The translations under genes were made by a program, and so were the position numbers. The notes beneath the pieces are model-generated. The model had not been told where the DNA came from. It saw only the letters and a list, made by a program, of their open reading frames with translations, and made no database searches. DNA of 64,000 nt from positions 23,475,168-23,539,167 of the forward strand of contig OZ316892.1 in assembly GCA_973895155.1 (NCBI GenBank). The letters are read 5' to 3'. Origin of the DNA: Marsupella aquatica. Lineage: Eukaryota > Plantae > Marchantiophyta. This document shows positions 1-11,875 of the stretch, one piece after another (within the stretch, counting starts at the first letter, position 1; every line of letters begins with the position of its first letter).

Positions 1-53
1 ATGCACCGATAGCTGGAGTTCTTGGAAGTGATTTGATCCTTGTAATTCAAGGA

Positions 54-521
54 TTAAGTGATCAATTTTCTCCACGCCCACAAAATGATTCTGGTTTGTG
101 ACACTATGCATTTTGTTAGTTTACTAGCTACTTTTGTCGAAGAGGTTGAAGTTGTTGCTGCTTTGTCCAAAATTGTCATCCCATAGTCCTTGGACAACTT
201 CAATCTCTTCGGCAGATTGGCATGGGTCATTGTCGTAGTCAGTTCCTTCCTGCATACGTCTTTGAGGAAATCTAGTTGATACTTGTGAGCAACTTGCAGA
301 ACATCATCTAGAGTTACCGTGTCCATGAATTCTATTTGGGCATCATAACAGAACTTAACAACTGCTCTCATGACGGGTAGTGTGATGTCATCGATCCTCA
401 AAATACTTGTCTCCTTCTCCAACATGTTTGTATCAAACATTGTGTGGAACACGGGTGATTTGCTGGCTTGCGTAATTTTTGTACAAATAAGTTTAAGTTT
501 CAAGGTAGGCGGATGACTCAA
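54..521 (-). pseudogene. BTB/POZ-domain (BPM/SPOP-like) gene fragment
   Basis: ASKSPVFHTMFDTNMLEKETSILRIDDITLPVMRAVVKFCY...LQVAHKYQLDFLKDVC matches the BTB core (SPVF..MF...M.E....I.I.D.......L.F.Y...A.KY.L..L...C). The N-terminal strand of the domain is missing. Confidence 0.75.
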
Positions 522-957
522 AGAACAAAACTAGCTAGTAAACTAACAAAATGCATAATGTCATGAACTGGAATCACATTATGGGCATGCAGATGACTCA
601 AAGAACAAAAGTAGCTAGTAAACGAACAAAATCAATAGTGTCATGAATCAAAATCATTTTGTGGGCGTGGAGAGGCTAATCACTTAATACTTGAATTACA
701 AGGATGAAATCATTTTCAAAAACTCTAACTATGGGTGCATTATTAAAAGCAAGACGGAGAAAATTGAGGCTCGACTCAAGCTTTGTGGTCCTCGCAGCAA
801 ACTGGCTTCCCTCCCCTAGATCCTTTCTTTTCACACATGCGCAGGAGATTGATGAACTACATAGAGTGAAAAAAGATTTGAACCATCCAAAACATGATCC
901 CAGGTTAGTAAACTAACAAAATGCATAGTGTCATGAAGCAGAATCATTTTGTGGGCA

Positions 958-1100
958 TGGAAATCTAGTTGATACTTGTGAGTAACTTGCAGAACATCAT
1001 CTGGAGTTACCGTGTCTGTGAATTCTATCTGGACATTGTAACAGAACTTAACAATTGCTCTCATGACGGGTAGTGTGATGTCATCGATCCTCAAAATTGT
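958..1100 (-). pseudogene. Partial duplicate of the BTB fragment
   Basis: ILRIDDITLPVMRAIVKFCYNVQIEFTDTVTPDDVLQVTHKYQLDF is near-identical to 267-405. Flanking pieces (ctagtaaactaacaaaatgcat...aatcattttgtgggc) recur at about 535, 615 and 907. Confidence 0.7.
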
Positions 1101-1240
1101 TTGCCTGGCTGCTTGCTTGATTGTAGCAGCAAAGTAGAGCAAGCCCTTGGCTGATGTTGCCAAGTAAACTCCCCGTCAAGGATGAGGGACTAGGAAAACC
1201 AGAAAGAGATTATACCAAGTTGGCGACTCAGGATTATAGC

Positions 1241-1453
1241 CTACAAAGATCTCGCAATCAGGGCTGGTCCCAAGCAAGTAGGGGTCGAACAAGGATCTCT
1301 AGTGCAAAGATTCAACAGGTTGCGGGAGACAACGAGAGAGTTCCATGTTCTGTAGGTGGAGTGCAGATTTAATATGGTCGGGAGAGGCAGCCTAGAAAGC
1401 ACTTTTTCCACAAGGTCTTCTAGCAGATCACTCCATTGTATGTATTCACCCAT
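1241..1453 (-). pseudogene. F-box gene fragment
   Basis: WSDLLEDLVEKVLSRLPLPTILNLHSTYRTWNSLV fits the plant F-box consensus (W..LP.DL...IL.RLP...L......K.W.SL). The ORF is short and truncated. Confidence 0.7.
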
Positions 1454-1548
1454 ATTCCATAGGTACTCCTCACGTTACAATTGGAAGCTTCAACCAAATA
1501 TTACGGACAACAGCCAACCGAAACTAATGTCAGAAGTGAGGAAGAAAA

Positions 1549-1710
1549 ACAAGAAACTAAGTAATAATAGGGGTTTCTTCTCCCTTCTCCCAATCTAGTT
1601 AAGACAAGAAACTAAGTAATAATAGGGGTTTCTTCTCCCTTCTCCCAATCTAGTTAAGACAAGAAACTAAGTAATAATAGGGGTTTCTTCTCCCTTCTCC
1701 CAATCTAGTT
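1549..1710. repeat. 55-bp tandem repeat x3
   Basis: acaagaaactaagtaataataggggtttcttctcccttctcccaatctagtt(aag) recurs at 1549, 1604 and 1659. Confidence 0.95.
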
Positions 1711-2614
1711 TCCATCTATTTATCACATGGAGGAACAATTCTCAAGTTCCATGCAAAACATTGCATTATACGGAGCTCGAATAAATCGGACCCAAACCAG
1801 CACAGAGAAATTTTAGGAAAATTTAGACATCTAGCCAACACCCTTGCAATGAAAAGCTGAATCTTAAGCATTTTTCAGGAGAATTAAGATTCCAATACTC
1901 CCCATACAAAGAGTTCCCTTCAAAATTTCATCACACATCTAAAATTATCAACCAAAATATTACGAAACAATTTCAAAATGACTATGTCTAAAACACAAGC
2001 TCCCAGCAGGTGGATTCCCAAAAGTACGGAGCGCACCTTCACTGCACCTGCCAATATGAAGAGGAGAACGGCGACCGACGTATGGCATTATCTGCCTTCT
2101 CGATGGGAAGGGAACCAAGAAGGATGGAGCGCTGTTGTAGGTCAATCCATTATACCACCACCCGCAGCCAGAACGTGATTTCTTACCACAATTAAGCAAA
2201 AAACCCTACGTTGGCATCACCAGAACACTGTTTAGACAATCCCACAGTTGGAGAACAGATTACTAGACACTAGGAAAACAGCAATGACTGGAGTAACACG
2301 GAATTACAAGAACCTACTCTAATTCCTCGAGACACAATTGCTGCAGGTCAGGAGGGTTACAAACATTATTCAATTTTGGTTTATTCCTTCTGTTTGTCAG
2401 ATTCTTTGATTTTTGTACCCTTCAAATTCAAATGACGACCACTGCATAAAAAGGCACAACCTTGTATTATAGTTCTTGATTGACGGCCATAACATCTCCA
2501 TTATATATATGTGTGAAGAAGTACTCCAAAAAAAACTAATTGGTCCCCCAAACAAAATTAATTAGTCTCCAAAACAAAATTAAGTATCAACTCCTCTCCA
2601 TTTTATACACTGGA

Positions 2615-3084
2615 TAGTATTAACTCGTGACTGGGTTCCCATTGCCATGTGGCAAGTTAACACTGGCTAGCCTTAACTTGCAGTGAACCCCCTGCACCCC
2701 TTCCCCTTCCCCATTGTGGGGCACAGTTGCAGGCCCAGGAGGAGAAAAAACATGTCAGGCTGAGTCTAAGGCCAATGGCTCCCTCCTCTTTTGGCCCAAT
2801 CCGATTCTTCTTTGGGCAAAAGTATGGCAATATTCTGCATCTTTTTGCATGAAAAAATGATGGGACAAAACAAATTCCTGATTAAAAGTGAGGATCAAGA
2901 CTGTCAGGTTCTCGTGAGGGGAATGTGGAGCAAAAAATGCCGTGCTTTTGCCCCTCCTTGGCCTGCGACTGTGCCCTGCAATGGGGCCTGCAAGGGGGAA
3001 GGGGAAGGGGGGTCACGGCAGGCTAAGGCTAGGCAATGACACCTTGCCACATGGTAATGGGAACCCGGTCTCAAGTTAATACTA
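2615..3084. mobile_element. MITE with long imperfect TIRs, probable TA TSD (Tc1/mariner/Stowaway-like)
   Basis: Left TAGTATTAACTCGTGACTGGGTTCCCATTGCCATGTGGCAAG versus the reverse complement of the right end TAGTATTAACTTGAGACCGGGTTCCCATTACCATGTGGCAAG. Inverted similarity extends more than 100 bp inward; no coding capacity. Confidence 0.8.
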
Positions 3085-3914
3085 ACATTGGGTAGTTTGG
3101 GGGCAGGTTGGTAAATTTTGTTGATTTTTAAAGGCAAAACAAAGCACAGTAGAGTAGAGTAAGTTAAAGTAGAAGAGGTCCTGAGAGGACAACACTACAT
3201 ACTAAAAGCCAGGGCAAATGCAAACTCCAAACTAAGCAAATGATAAGAGGAAAATAGACCATAATAATAGTGTGATTTGTTTATGATAGTTCGGCTTTTG
3301 TGAGGAAACCAGTCTGCTTTGAAAACAATCAGGCAAACCGCTGCATTTTGCAATAAAGTTGTCCATAATGTGGCTAAATTGGGAATTGGGGTGAGTTGAC
3401 TCTTATTTAGGCAGCGACTCAATGATGAGTTAAGTGTTATTTCTCAGTTTAGCTACAGTGCTCAAGATTTGAGACTACAACTGTGTCTGAAGCTAGTAGG
3501 GTCTGGAACTGTCAGCTTTGGGATCTGTTTTTCTAAGTCACCTGCAATTCTTTTGGAGTGGAATTAGAGAACCAGAATGAGACAAGTTTGAGTTCATACC
3601 ACTGGTCCCCCGCACTGGTCCAAAGCCTCAACCAGAGTTTGATTCGTCAATCTGTGTAAGTGTGAGAATATCCTGTTATTTGCTTTTCAAGCTTAACAGC
3701 AATGATCATCCTTCACCGCTGGCATATAATTCTAATGTACCCTATTTCCTTCAAATAAAATCCAGTGGTTTGGGAGGACCTGAGACTTGTGGCTGCTTGT
3801 CTAGGGCATTGTTTCCGATCCATTTCACTGAGAACTTCAAAACTGTCATAACACTATTGAAACTTGAACAAAGCAAGAAGATTTTTTTCAACCAGACTGC
3901 AAAGTTGTGTTGTA

Positions 3915-4370
3915 TATTGGGTTGCCAGGGAGCTCAGATTTTTCAGTACCTTTCTCGTATGAAGTACACCTGGTAGAGTGTAGTGCTCACTCCTTGTATA
4001 GTACAATCATGCATACAAAAGTGCACATCATATTCTGGGGAACTTTTGAATGCCATCTCATTAGTTCAGCACAGGGGGCGATGAATGGCTCAAAACACAA
4101 AGCCCACTGACAGTTACTTTCCAGAGGAATTCACGTCTCAGAAAAAGTTTGTAGTACCCATTTACATTCCAGAGAAACTCACATCTCAGAAAAATTTGTA
4201 GTGTCATTTACATTCTAGTGTCATTTACGTTCATGAGAACTCACGTGTCAGAAAAGTTCATAGTATTTACGAAATCATCAGAAAATCATTTTTATGTAAG
4301 GAGGTCCTTTGATGGGAATACTTATGAACTTTTCTGAGTTTCGTAATTCAAGTTCCCTGGCAACCCAGTG
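3915..4370. mobile_element. Non-autonomous CACTA/CACTG-type element
   Basis: The right end read inward is CACTGGGTTGCCAGGGAACT and the left end is TATTGGGTTGCCAGGGAGCT (CACTG with two C>T changes). 3-bp TSD GTA at 3912-3914 and 4371-4373. Internal subterminal repeats (tcacgtctcagaaaa). Confidence 0.7.
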
Positions 4371-6201
4371 GTACATTTGCAGTAGATAAAATCAACCATT
4401 TGTTCTTGCTTGACCATTAGTTCTGGATGTATAGCTGACAGAATTCGATTTCCCACTTTCTTTCCATATTTTGCGGTTTTCAGCTGCAGGTTGTGCAAAG
4501 GTTCCGTGCCTACAAGATCTAATCCTGTACCTTGCTAGATATACATGAACTGAACTGGTTTCTGCAGACGAAACCCCCGTAAATGTTTATTATAATCTGA
4601 AGTTTTGTGGTAGTACCTGGACTCCAGCCATAACCCTGTGCAAATGCCAATTGCCCATCTAACTATGTGAGTATAATATAGGCCTACATTGAATGCAGGC
4701 ATGATTCGTGTCATTTTGACATGACTTCATATCACATTCGGATTTTATCAGATCACGCAATACGCAGATTTCGCACTAATCAGATTCCGTACTCTGGTGG
4801 AGTGCAGTACAGATCGACGACAGAGCTTCATTCAATTAGTTGATTCTGTCCTTCACCATGATCCAGAAGAAGTTGGATCCCGATCGTTTCATTCTTCGTG
4901 AGCATACATTAAGCTTTTCGTTCCCTCTCATGTTCTTATTGAGAGATTTCAAATCCAGGTCATCAACACTTCCATTTTCTTAACCAGTTTTGATCAAATT
5001 GACCAGAACAGAGTTCGTCATGGGCGTCAATTCTTGATAAGGAAAAGTTCTAAAAGTCATTCAAGCCAAAACCAATACATGCGGAGTCCTTCCCATGATT
5101 CTATCCAATGTGTGATCCTCGTAGCGAAATTGTGATGTGGCATTCCAAAAATTGTTGCAATCTGGCAGAAGTGACACTCAATTAATATAGGTAGGAACTC
5201 TGTCCAGTGCTATACAAGTAGATGGCCCCCTGAGCTACACCGACTCCGTCAAATGGCACGAAGTCACATTGAGACAAATCAGTCAAACGAATACTCTGTT
5301 ATTTGGGTCCTGTCAACTCTGGAAATATTCGAGGCTGTTAGCAGTCTAGCCACGATGGTCCAATACATTCGGTTTGCTGCATGTGCATGCAGAAAAGAGA
5401 AAGTACGTGAGTACTGTATAGCAATTTGCAATGCAAGTACGCTAGACGAGCTTCAACGTACTCCAGTTCCCAATTGCACCTTCTTCATAATTCTACATTT
5501 GACCAAGGACAGGTTGTATTAAACCACAGCTCCGGGTATTAAACGAATGCAGACAGTAGTACAATCACGGGGTTCACTCTCTGTGTCTGGGGTCAACGAA
5601 AGAGTAATCACAGATCTTGCATGCATTGGTCTTCCAATTGAACCTCATGAGCACGATTGGCTTCTTGGACACTCATGACTCATCTTCATCACTACGTTAC
5701 AACTTTCCAAGAAGACTCGATCAGATTCTTGTGGTGAGCATCATGACAAAGGGAGCCTAGCCTCACCTAAGTGAAGCTCAAGCATGGAATTTGGCTCAGG
5801 TGGGGGTTGAAATGTAGAGGTTATTGACCTTGACCATAAAACTTGTCTTCCTCGTAATCTTGGTCCATGGTCAACTTTCACCACCAGGACCCACTACTTT
5901 AGGAAACCATTATGATGACTAGCCCTACCGTTCTCCCTTTGTATTACAGTAGTCACGAGGCAACATGACTGTGATCACATGGTTCTAGTCTAGGTGGAAT
6001 CACATTGAAAGGCCCATCCCAGCTATAGAGCCATCCAGTACACAAGGCCGAGAAAAGGAACATTCTCTCAGATTAATTTTCCTGCCACCTACCCCACCCA
6101 AGAAATAGGAGCCAATGGCATTGGCCCTTTCTTGAGGGAGGCACAAGCCATTAATATATATCTTCCATTTCAGCATATGAGATTAGATTTGTAAAATGTA
6201 T

Positions 6202-6298
6202 AGGCCCATGGTACTTCAAGGTTGTTGGGTGTTAAGGACTAGTATGTGAGGCCCATGGTACTTCAAGGTTGTTGGGTGTTAAGGACTAGTATGTGAGC
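6202..6298. repeat. 47-bp tandem duplication next to the copia insertion site
   Basis: aggcccatggtacttcaaggttgttgggtgttaaggactagtatgtg occurs twice. Confidence 0.9.
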
Positions 6299-6300
6299 TC

Positions 6301-6644
6301 TATTAGATATTGCTCTAGTCTTGTGACTCATGAGCTAACCACAGTTAGTCTAACTCGGGTTAGGACTTAGCTAATGTTAGCGGTAGTGTTGTTGTGCATA
6401 TAGCCAGGGCTGATGCCAGACCCTGGTGGAACAAAGGCTCATTGTTATGGAGCTAGTTGAGAGATAGGAAGAGCTTGTGCTGTGGATGCTTGGTATGGCC
6501 GGTCGGCCTAGAGTGCAGTAAAGCTCTTGTATGTTCCCGTGGACGTAGCCTCATGTGGAGGTGAACCACGTATCTCTCTGTGTCAACTATTGTGCGTTGG
6601 ATGATTCATGGGCTTGCCGTTACGAATGTCGTCTATGCTCAACA
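6301..6644 (+). repeat. Copia 5' LTR
   Basis: T(A)TTAGATATTG...GCTCAACA; direct repeat of 37032-37375. Confidence 0.97.
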
Positions 6645-6646
6645 AG

Positions 6647-6658
6647 TGGTATCAGAGC
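6647..6658 (+). promoter_or_regulatory. Primer-binding site (tRNA-iMet)
   Basis: TGGTATCAGAGC, 2 nt after the LTR end. Confidence 0.95.
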
Positions 6659-8213
6659 ATGCCTGGGAGGTGACGAGGTTTTTTTTGTGACAAGTTTTTC
6701 CAGCGTTCATTGTCGATGGTACATTCGGAGTTTCATCGCATGAAACTTGAATGTGTGTGGCTGAGCGGATAGGTTAGTGAGAGGGCTTTCTAACGGTGGT
6801 TAGAACTCGCTGATCGGTATCCGTGGTGCGGAGGAATTGAAGTTTGCGTCGTTCAGGTTTTATTCGTGTTCGACGGTTTTTTCGGGGGAGAGACCAGAGT
6901 TTGTGTTTTCAACAGTGTGAGCTGTGCCGTGCGGGAGGCGTCGCATGTTGTAGCTCAAGTTGAAGGTTGAAGCAAGCTGGTCGTTTTGGTAGCTGATTTG
7001 TTGCCAAGTTGTTACCAAGTGTGACGTGACGAGTGACGGAGGCGTTCAGGTTTTTTCACAAGCTATGGAGCTTGTTCTCATCTGAACCGGGTTTCTCTTC
7101 GTGACGTCCGACTCGGTGGAAGAAACGCGAAGTGCTACGGCTCAACAGTTTGATCGCGGCGAAGCGGTCATTTTGAGTCCGGCATTGGCACTTGACGCGG
7201 AGTGAGTGTGACGCAGCAGAAATTTTTTTCTCTGCTGGAGCTGCAGACTGTGCTAGTGCAATTCGGCAACTTTTCCTGTCGGCGGCGTTCACTTTACTCG
7301 TGAGAAGCAGCGGCGTTCAAGGTGTGTAAACGGCTTTCTTTGTGTTAAAGTCAAATCTTGGCTTAGGTTAGGGCCACTTTTAGTGTGTATACACACCCTC
7401 CCGGCCCTTGGTCCCCCATCGTTTCCCCTTGTACGCCCGACCCCCCCCCCGCACCTTGTTTTCCCCTCATCCTTCAGCCGCGGTGACGAGCTGCGCAACA
7501 CCGGCCGGCGCCTTTTGCGCGCCCGTACGCCCTTCGCCATATTGTGTCGGTCGCTACCACGGCACCACCCTGTCATCGTATGCCCAGCCCTTTGCGGCTC
7601 TACGCCACTTGTACGCGGCTGTACCCTCGTCCCGCCCCGACGCCGGCCATACGCCCTTCGTACCCCCGGCCCTTTACGGGGTATTTTAGGCTTTAAGGGG
7701 CTTAAGCACCCCCTTTAGTGCCCATTTTTAGCCTTTTTTCCCTCTCATTAGTTTGTCCCATGTGCCGGGACCTGCCGCCCTCCGTTTTAACCGCTTGGAC
7801 AGGGGGAACTGCCCCCTGTGAGACCTGCTGTACTGTGCGGGAATATTCCCGAAAAACAGAGAGCTGTTTTTCGGCCGTCTGACAAAGATTCTGTCCGTCG
7901 AACGGTAACTTTTTTGGTTCTTTTTCGGTGAGGACGTTGCCACTGGAGTTAGCAATGCGGCGCACCGATCACATCGCAATTCCAATGATGGGTTGTACTG
8001 GGTATTTCGGTTATTCTCCGAGGTGGTCAAAACGGGGGAGTTTCCCAAGGTTTTACCCACCCCGACTGAAATTTGAATAACTTTTCCGTCGAATTTTGAT
8101 TTTGATTTTGGCTTTCAATATTGGACTCCTAGCTTCGTGGGCTACGCGGCGGTGTTGAGTTTTGAGTTTTATGAGAAGTTTCAAAAAAAGACGTTTTTTC
8201 GTGACTGTTTCAT

Positions 8214-9606
8214 ATGAGTGACTCAGAGGATACTGGAAGAATTGGCGTCGGTGGAGCTTCAGGATCGCAACGGTCAGACGGTGAGTCTGAGGAGGAGTTG
8301 CTACCGTTTGAGGAAGAACTAGTGACACTGGTACGATCACCGGTGCGGCGTGCAGTGGAGGAAGCTGTGTTACTACCAGAGCTGTCGGTAGTAGGGAAGA
8401 AGAGGGAGATGGCTAGATTCGAAGGAGTAAAGTTTGAGGTGGAGAAGTACGATGGTCGTACTGATTACTTGCTGTGGGAGAAGCAAGTGAAGGGTGTCCT
8501 TTGGGCCATGGGCTTAGCTCATCTGCTCTCTTCGCGAGAGCAGTATGATGGTGAGGAGGAGATTTCTGTGAGACAGTGGAGATAGGAACAGGTGATTGCT
8601 GTCAATGCAGTGATGCTATATCTCAAGCCGCACATCATCAAGCAGCTGGATGATTATGCGGATTGCGTGTCACTGTTCAAGGCTCTTAGAGAGAAGTACT
8701 ATCGGGAATATGCGTCAGACCGGCTGTACAAGAAGTCTCTCTTGATGAGCCTTAGGCTCAAGAAAGGGAGCAAGATGCAGGATCACCTGGATGAATTTGA
8801 CAGTCTTGCGATGGATCTGTCAAACCTGGGAAAAGGAGTTGAAGATGAGGATAAGGTCTTGCTTCTGCTAAGCTCCTTACTGCCGTCTTATCAGGGCTTG
8901 AAACAGGTTCTCTTGTACAGAGATTTGAAGTCCATTTCGTATAATGAGGTGGTGAGCTCATTACTGTCTGATGATGCTCAGAAGAAGTTGGGTCAATCAT
9001 AGACAGCATCTTCTTCTGGCACTGCGCTAAATGTGAATAGGGGAAGAGCAACGCAGCGCACGAATGGGCAGAACAGGTTTAGATCTACATCACGAGGGAG
9101 ATCTAAATCCAGAGGGAAATCGCAAGAGAGGAAGCCTCTTGCATGTTGGAATTGTGGCAAGCCTGGCCACATGAAAAGGGATTGTCGAGTAAAAGTCCCT
9201 ACTGCCTCTGCTAATGCGGCATCGAGCTCGCATGAGGTAGATTTACTCGATGATGATGACATATTGTGATGTCAAAGTTATGCTCTCAACGTAGTGTCAA
9301 ATCCAGGTAGTGATGACTGGATTCTAGATAGTGCATGTACTTTTCACATTTGCTCTAGAAGAGATTGTTTCAGTTCTTACACGGTTTCCAACTGGTCAGT
9401 GTTGATGGGAAATGGAATCCCATGTCAAGTTGTTGGACTTGGATCTGTAAGATTTCAGATGTTTGATGGTGTTGTGAGAACGTTGAGAAATGTGAGACAT
9501 ATTCCCAGCATGATGAAAAATCTCATTTCACTTGGAGTTTTAGAAGCAAATGGCCATCAGTGGAGCTCTGCTAATGGTGTCCTTCAAGTTTCAACTGGTA
9601 CTAAAG
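8214..9606 (+). pseudogene. Copia gag and protease (5' part of the polyprotein) with in-frame stops
   Basis: KFEVEKYDGRTDYLLW (gag N-terminus), zinc knuckle CWNCGKPGHMKRDC, protease WILDSACTFH. One frame with stops at 8583, 9000 and 9267. Confidence 0.95.
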
Positions 9607-10519
9607 AACACGATTTCAGACCGACCGAGAAGTGTGTCGGAGTTCTCGTTTAGCCCGATCCCGTTTTTTTTCTAAGGCAATGCAATGACCGATAAAACTG
9701 GAAAAAACTCTCCGAAACGCCACTTTCCTCCATTGCATCACCGCGGGAATGCAGGGAGCGATACGTGCATCGGGTTTTACATTCCGTCAGTGAAAAAGTC
9801 CGAACTACGAGTAACTTGGTCCGAACCGCGTAATCCAGGAATGACCACGCACTAACCCAGGTAAAGGGGAAACTTAACCGTGGTTAAGGGGAAATTAACC
9901 ATGGTTTAGAGCGTCTCCTATATAAAGAGGAGCGGGCTGCCCATAAAACGTTTGCTTTCGCCAGAGCAAATATCTCCTGACTGAGAGTGAATACCAAACT
10001 CCCATCAAGTCTTACATTCCTCCCAAGCGATTCGACTCTTTCTACCAAAAACCCAATAAATTTATCGGAACAGCCATTCCTGTTCAAGTTCTCCATGTAA
10101 GACTAACTAGTCATTTAGTGTAAAATGTCCAGATCCAAGCGGACTGCGATAAATTTATCGCATTCTGCATTCCTCTGTTGCAATCATTTGATCTAGTGTT
10201 TAGAGAGGTGTTGCCTTCATTCCGATAAATTTATCGGAGTCTTCATTCCTTTCATGGAAAGAGGAGTAATTGAGAATCCGATAAATTCATCGGAGTTGTC
10301 ATTTTTGTGAAAGATTGAATTTAGGGGTTAGGTGTCTGAGGAAGTCATATTTTCAATTCGAATGCGGAGTGCGATAAACTTATCGCATCCTCCTGTGAGA
10401 ATCATTTTCCTTTGTTTTGTTTGGAGACTCATCTTCATCTCTGATGTTGCAGTGTTGCCGGGTTTAGGAGGCACAACGGAAGGTCGATTGCACTCCGTGG
10501 ACAACAGGTATTGTGACAA

Positions 10520-10897
10520 ATGGCTGTCTTCCTTGAAAATCGTGTCAAACGTGCACGCCGGTTGTACAAGAGACTCGTGCGACTCAAAGTTCTCCCCATC
10601 GGTATAGGAGCATTGTGGATGGGTGGTACTGATCCTGGAGATAGGCAGAATCCTCTCCGCATTGAATTCTGCGGAATGAATGATGCAGGAGTTCCAATTC
10701 GTTCGAGGTTGATGTTAACGGTGTGTTTACATTCTTTGGAGTTTTCTTGTAACTATTGTTGTCGTCGTCTTGACAACAAGTACCACAAACAGGCTCACTT
10801 CTGTTGTAAGATTTGGAACGAAGACCCCTTGGGTGAACCTTTCACGATGAGTGTTTCGACCTTTTCATTGAGGCACGTCTTGGAAGGACATATTTAA
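10520..10897 (+). CDS. Transposon cargo ORF, unknown function (125 aa, Cys/His cluster)
   Basis: ATG-initiated ORF just downstream of a palindrome cluster; contains CNYCC...H...HFCC. No family recognised. Confidence 0.35.
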   Translation: MAVFLENRVKRARRLYKRLVRLKVLPIGIGALWMGGTDPGDRQNPLRIEFCGMNDAGVPIRSRLMLTVCLHSLEFSCNYCCRRLDNKYHKQAHFCCKIWNEDPLGEPFTMSVSTFSLRHVLEGHI

Positions 10898-11139
10898 ATA
10901 AACAAGTCCTACCCTTGCGCAGCAAATATAATACATCACGAGTCCTAATCGTTAAACTGCCGTGCAAGATTGGTACTGTGGATGTGTTCGGTTACACCTG
11001 GTGATTGAAGGTATTTTTATTGGTGGTTTTGGTAGCTCTGCTTCATGGCTGCATCGGAGAATCTAATCGTTGCAAAGATGGGATCCCGTTTAGCCCACGA
11101 GCGTAGGAAATATATTCGAGAAAAAATGCCCGGTGTGGG

Positions 11140-11583
11140 ATGCGGAATGGACTTCCCGATGAACTCGTTGAATCTCACATTTGGCCCCTCCTAGCCTTGT
11201 CTTGCACACAAGATGAACACCTTGGCCTTGACCTAAAACTTCTACTAGAAGAACGACTGACTCGAATGAGAACAATCATTTGTCTTGGAGCCACCTCAAA
11301 GAAATGGAACCATCTTGTTGTTGGTACACGATTTTGGGCGCTATTGAAATATGCAATCCGTGAGATCAATGACATAAACAAAATGCTCGCAAGCATTCCT
11401 AATGCCGACCTTCTCTCAAACATACATATTGCTAGGGTCTTTCGAGAGGAAACTCAATTCCTCCCTCCCATAGATATGCTTGGGTGCTTTTCGTATGAGC
11501 AGTTAGATCAGTTTCGTAGAGTTTGGATAAATCTTGAAGAAAGCGGGAAGCGGACAATTCTTGCATGGCATGGACGATTCTGA
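11140..11583 (+). CDS. Transposon cargo ORF with an F-box-like N-terminus (147 aa)
   Basis: NGLPDELVESHIWPLL...IICLGATSKKWNHLV resembles an F-box (LP.EL...I...L ... L..V.K.W..L) with an internal insertion. An upstream ATG at 11046 in another frame suggests a frameshifted N-terminus. Confidence 0.55.
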   Translation: MRNGLPDELVESHIWPLLALSCTQDEHLGLDLKLLLEERLTRMRTIICLGATSKKWNHLVVGTRFWALLKYAIREINDINKMLASIPNADLLSNIHIARVFREETQFLPPIDMLGCFSYEQLDQFRRVWINLEESGKRTILAWHGRF

Positions 11584-11875
11584 GTGGATGAGGCATTGCT
11601 GCTAACATCCGATAAATTTATCGCACTCCTCATTCCTCTAGTCGATTTTGGGTGCTTGTAAAGAAACACTTTGAATATAATTGACTCTGCCTCCCCTGAC
11701 TTTGGGTTGTGTGGTCCAGAGTGTATTTGTTTGCGCCTCTTCGGACGATTAGCTGACAAGTGCATTGGCTTCACAGCCCGTTATACAAGGTACTGTAAAG
11801 TTGGATGAAACTTGTAGAATTGTAATTAGTATGTTCTCCAAAAATTATTCCTGATTTCTATTCGGTGATCAGGCC

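Noticed and set aside
4480-6180. Possible decayed coding sequence
   Set aside because: The composition looks gene-like, but trial translations had many stops and no recognisable motif.
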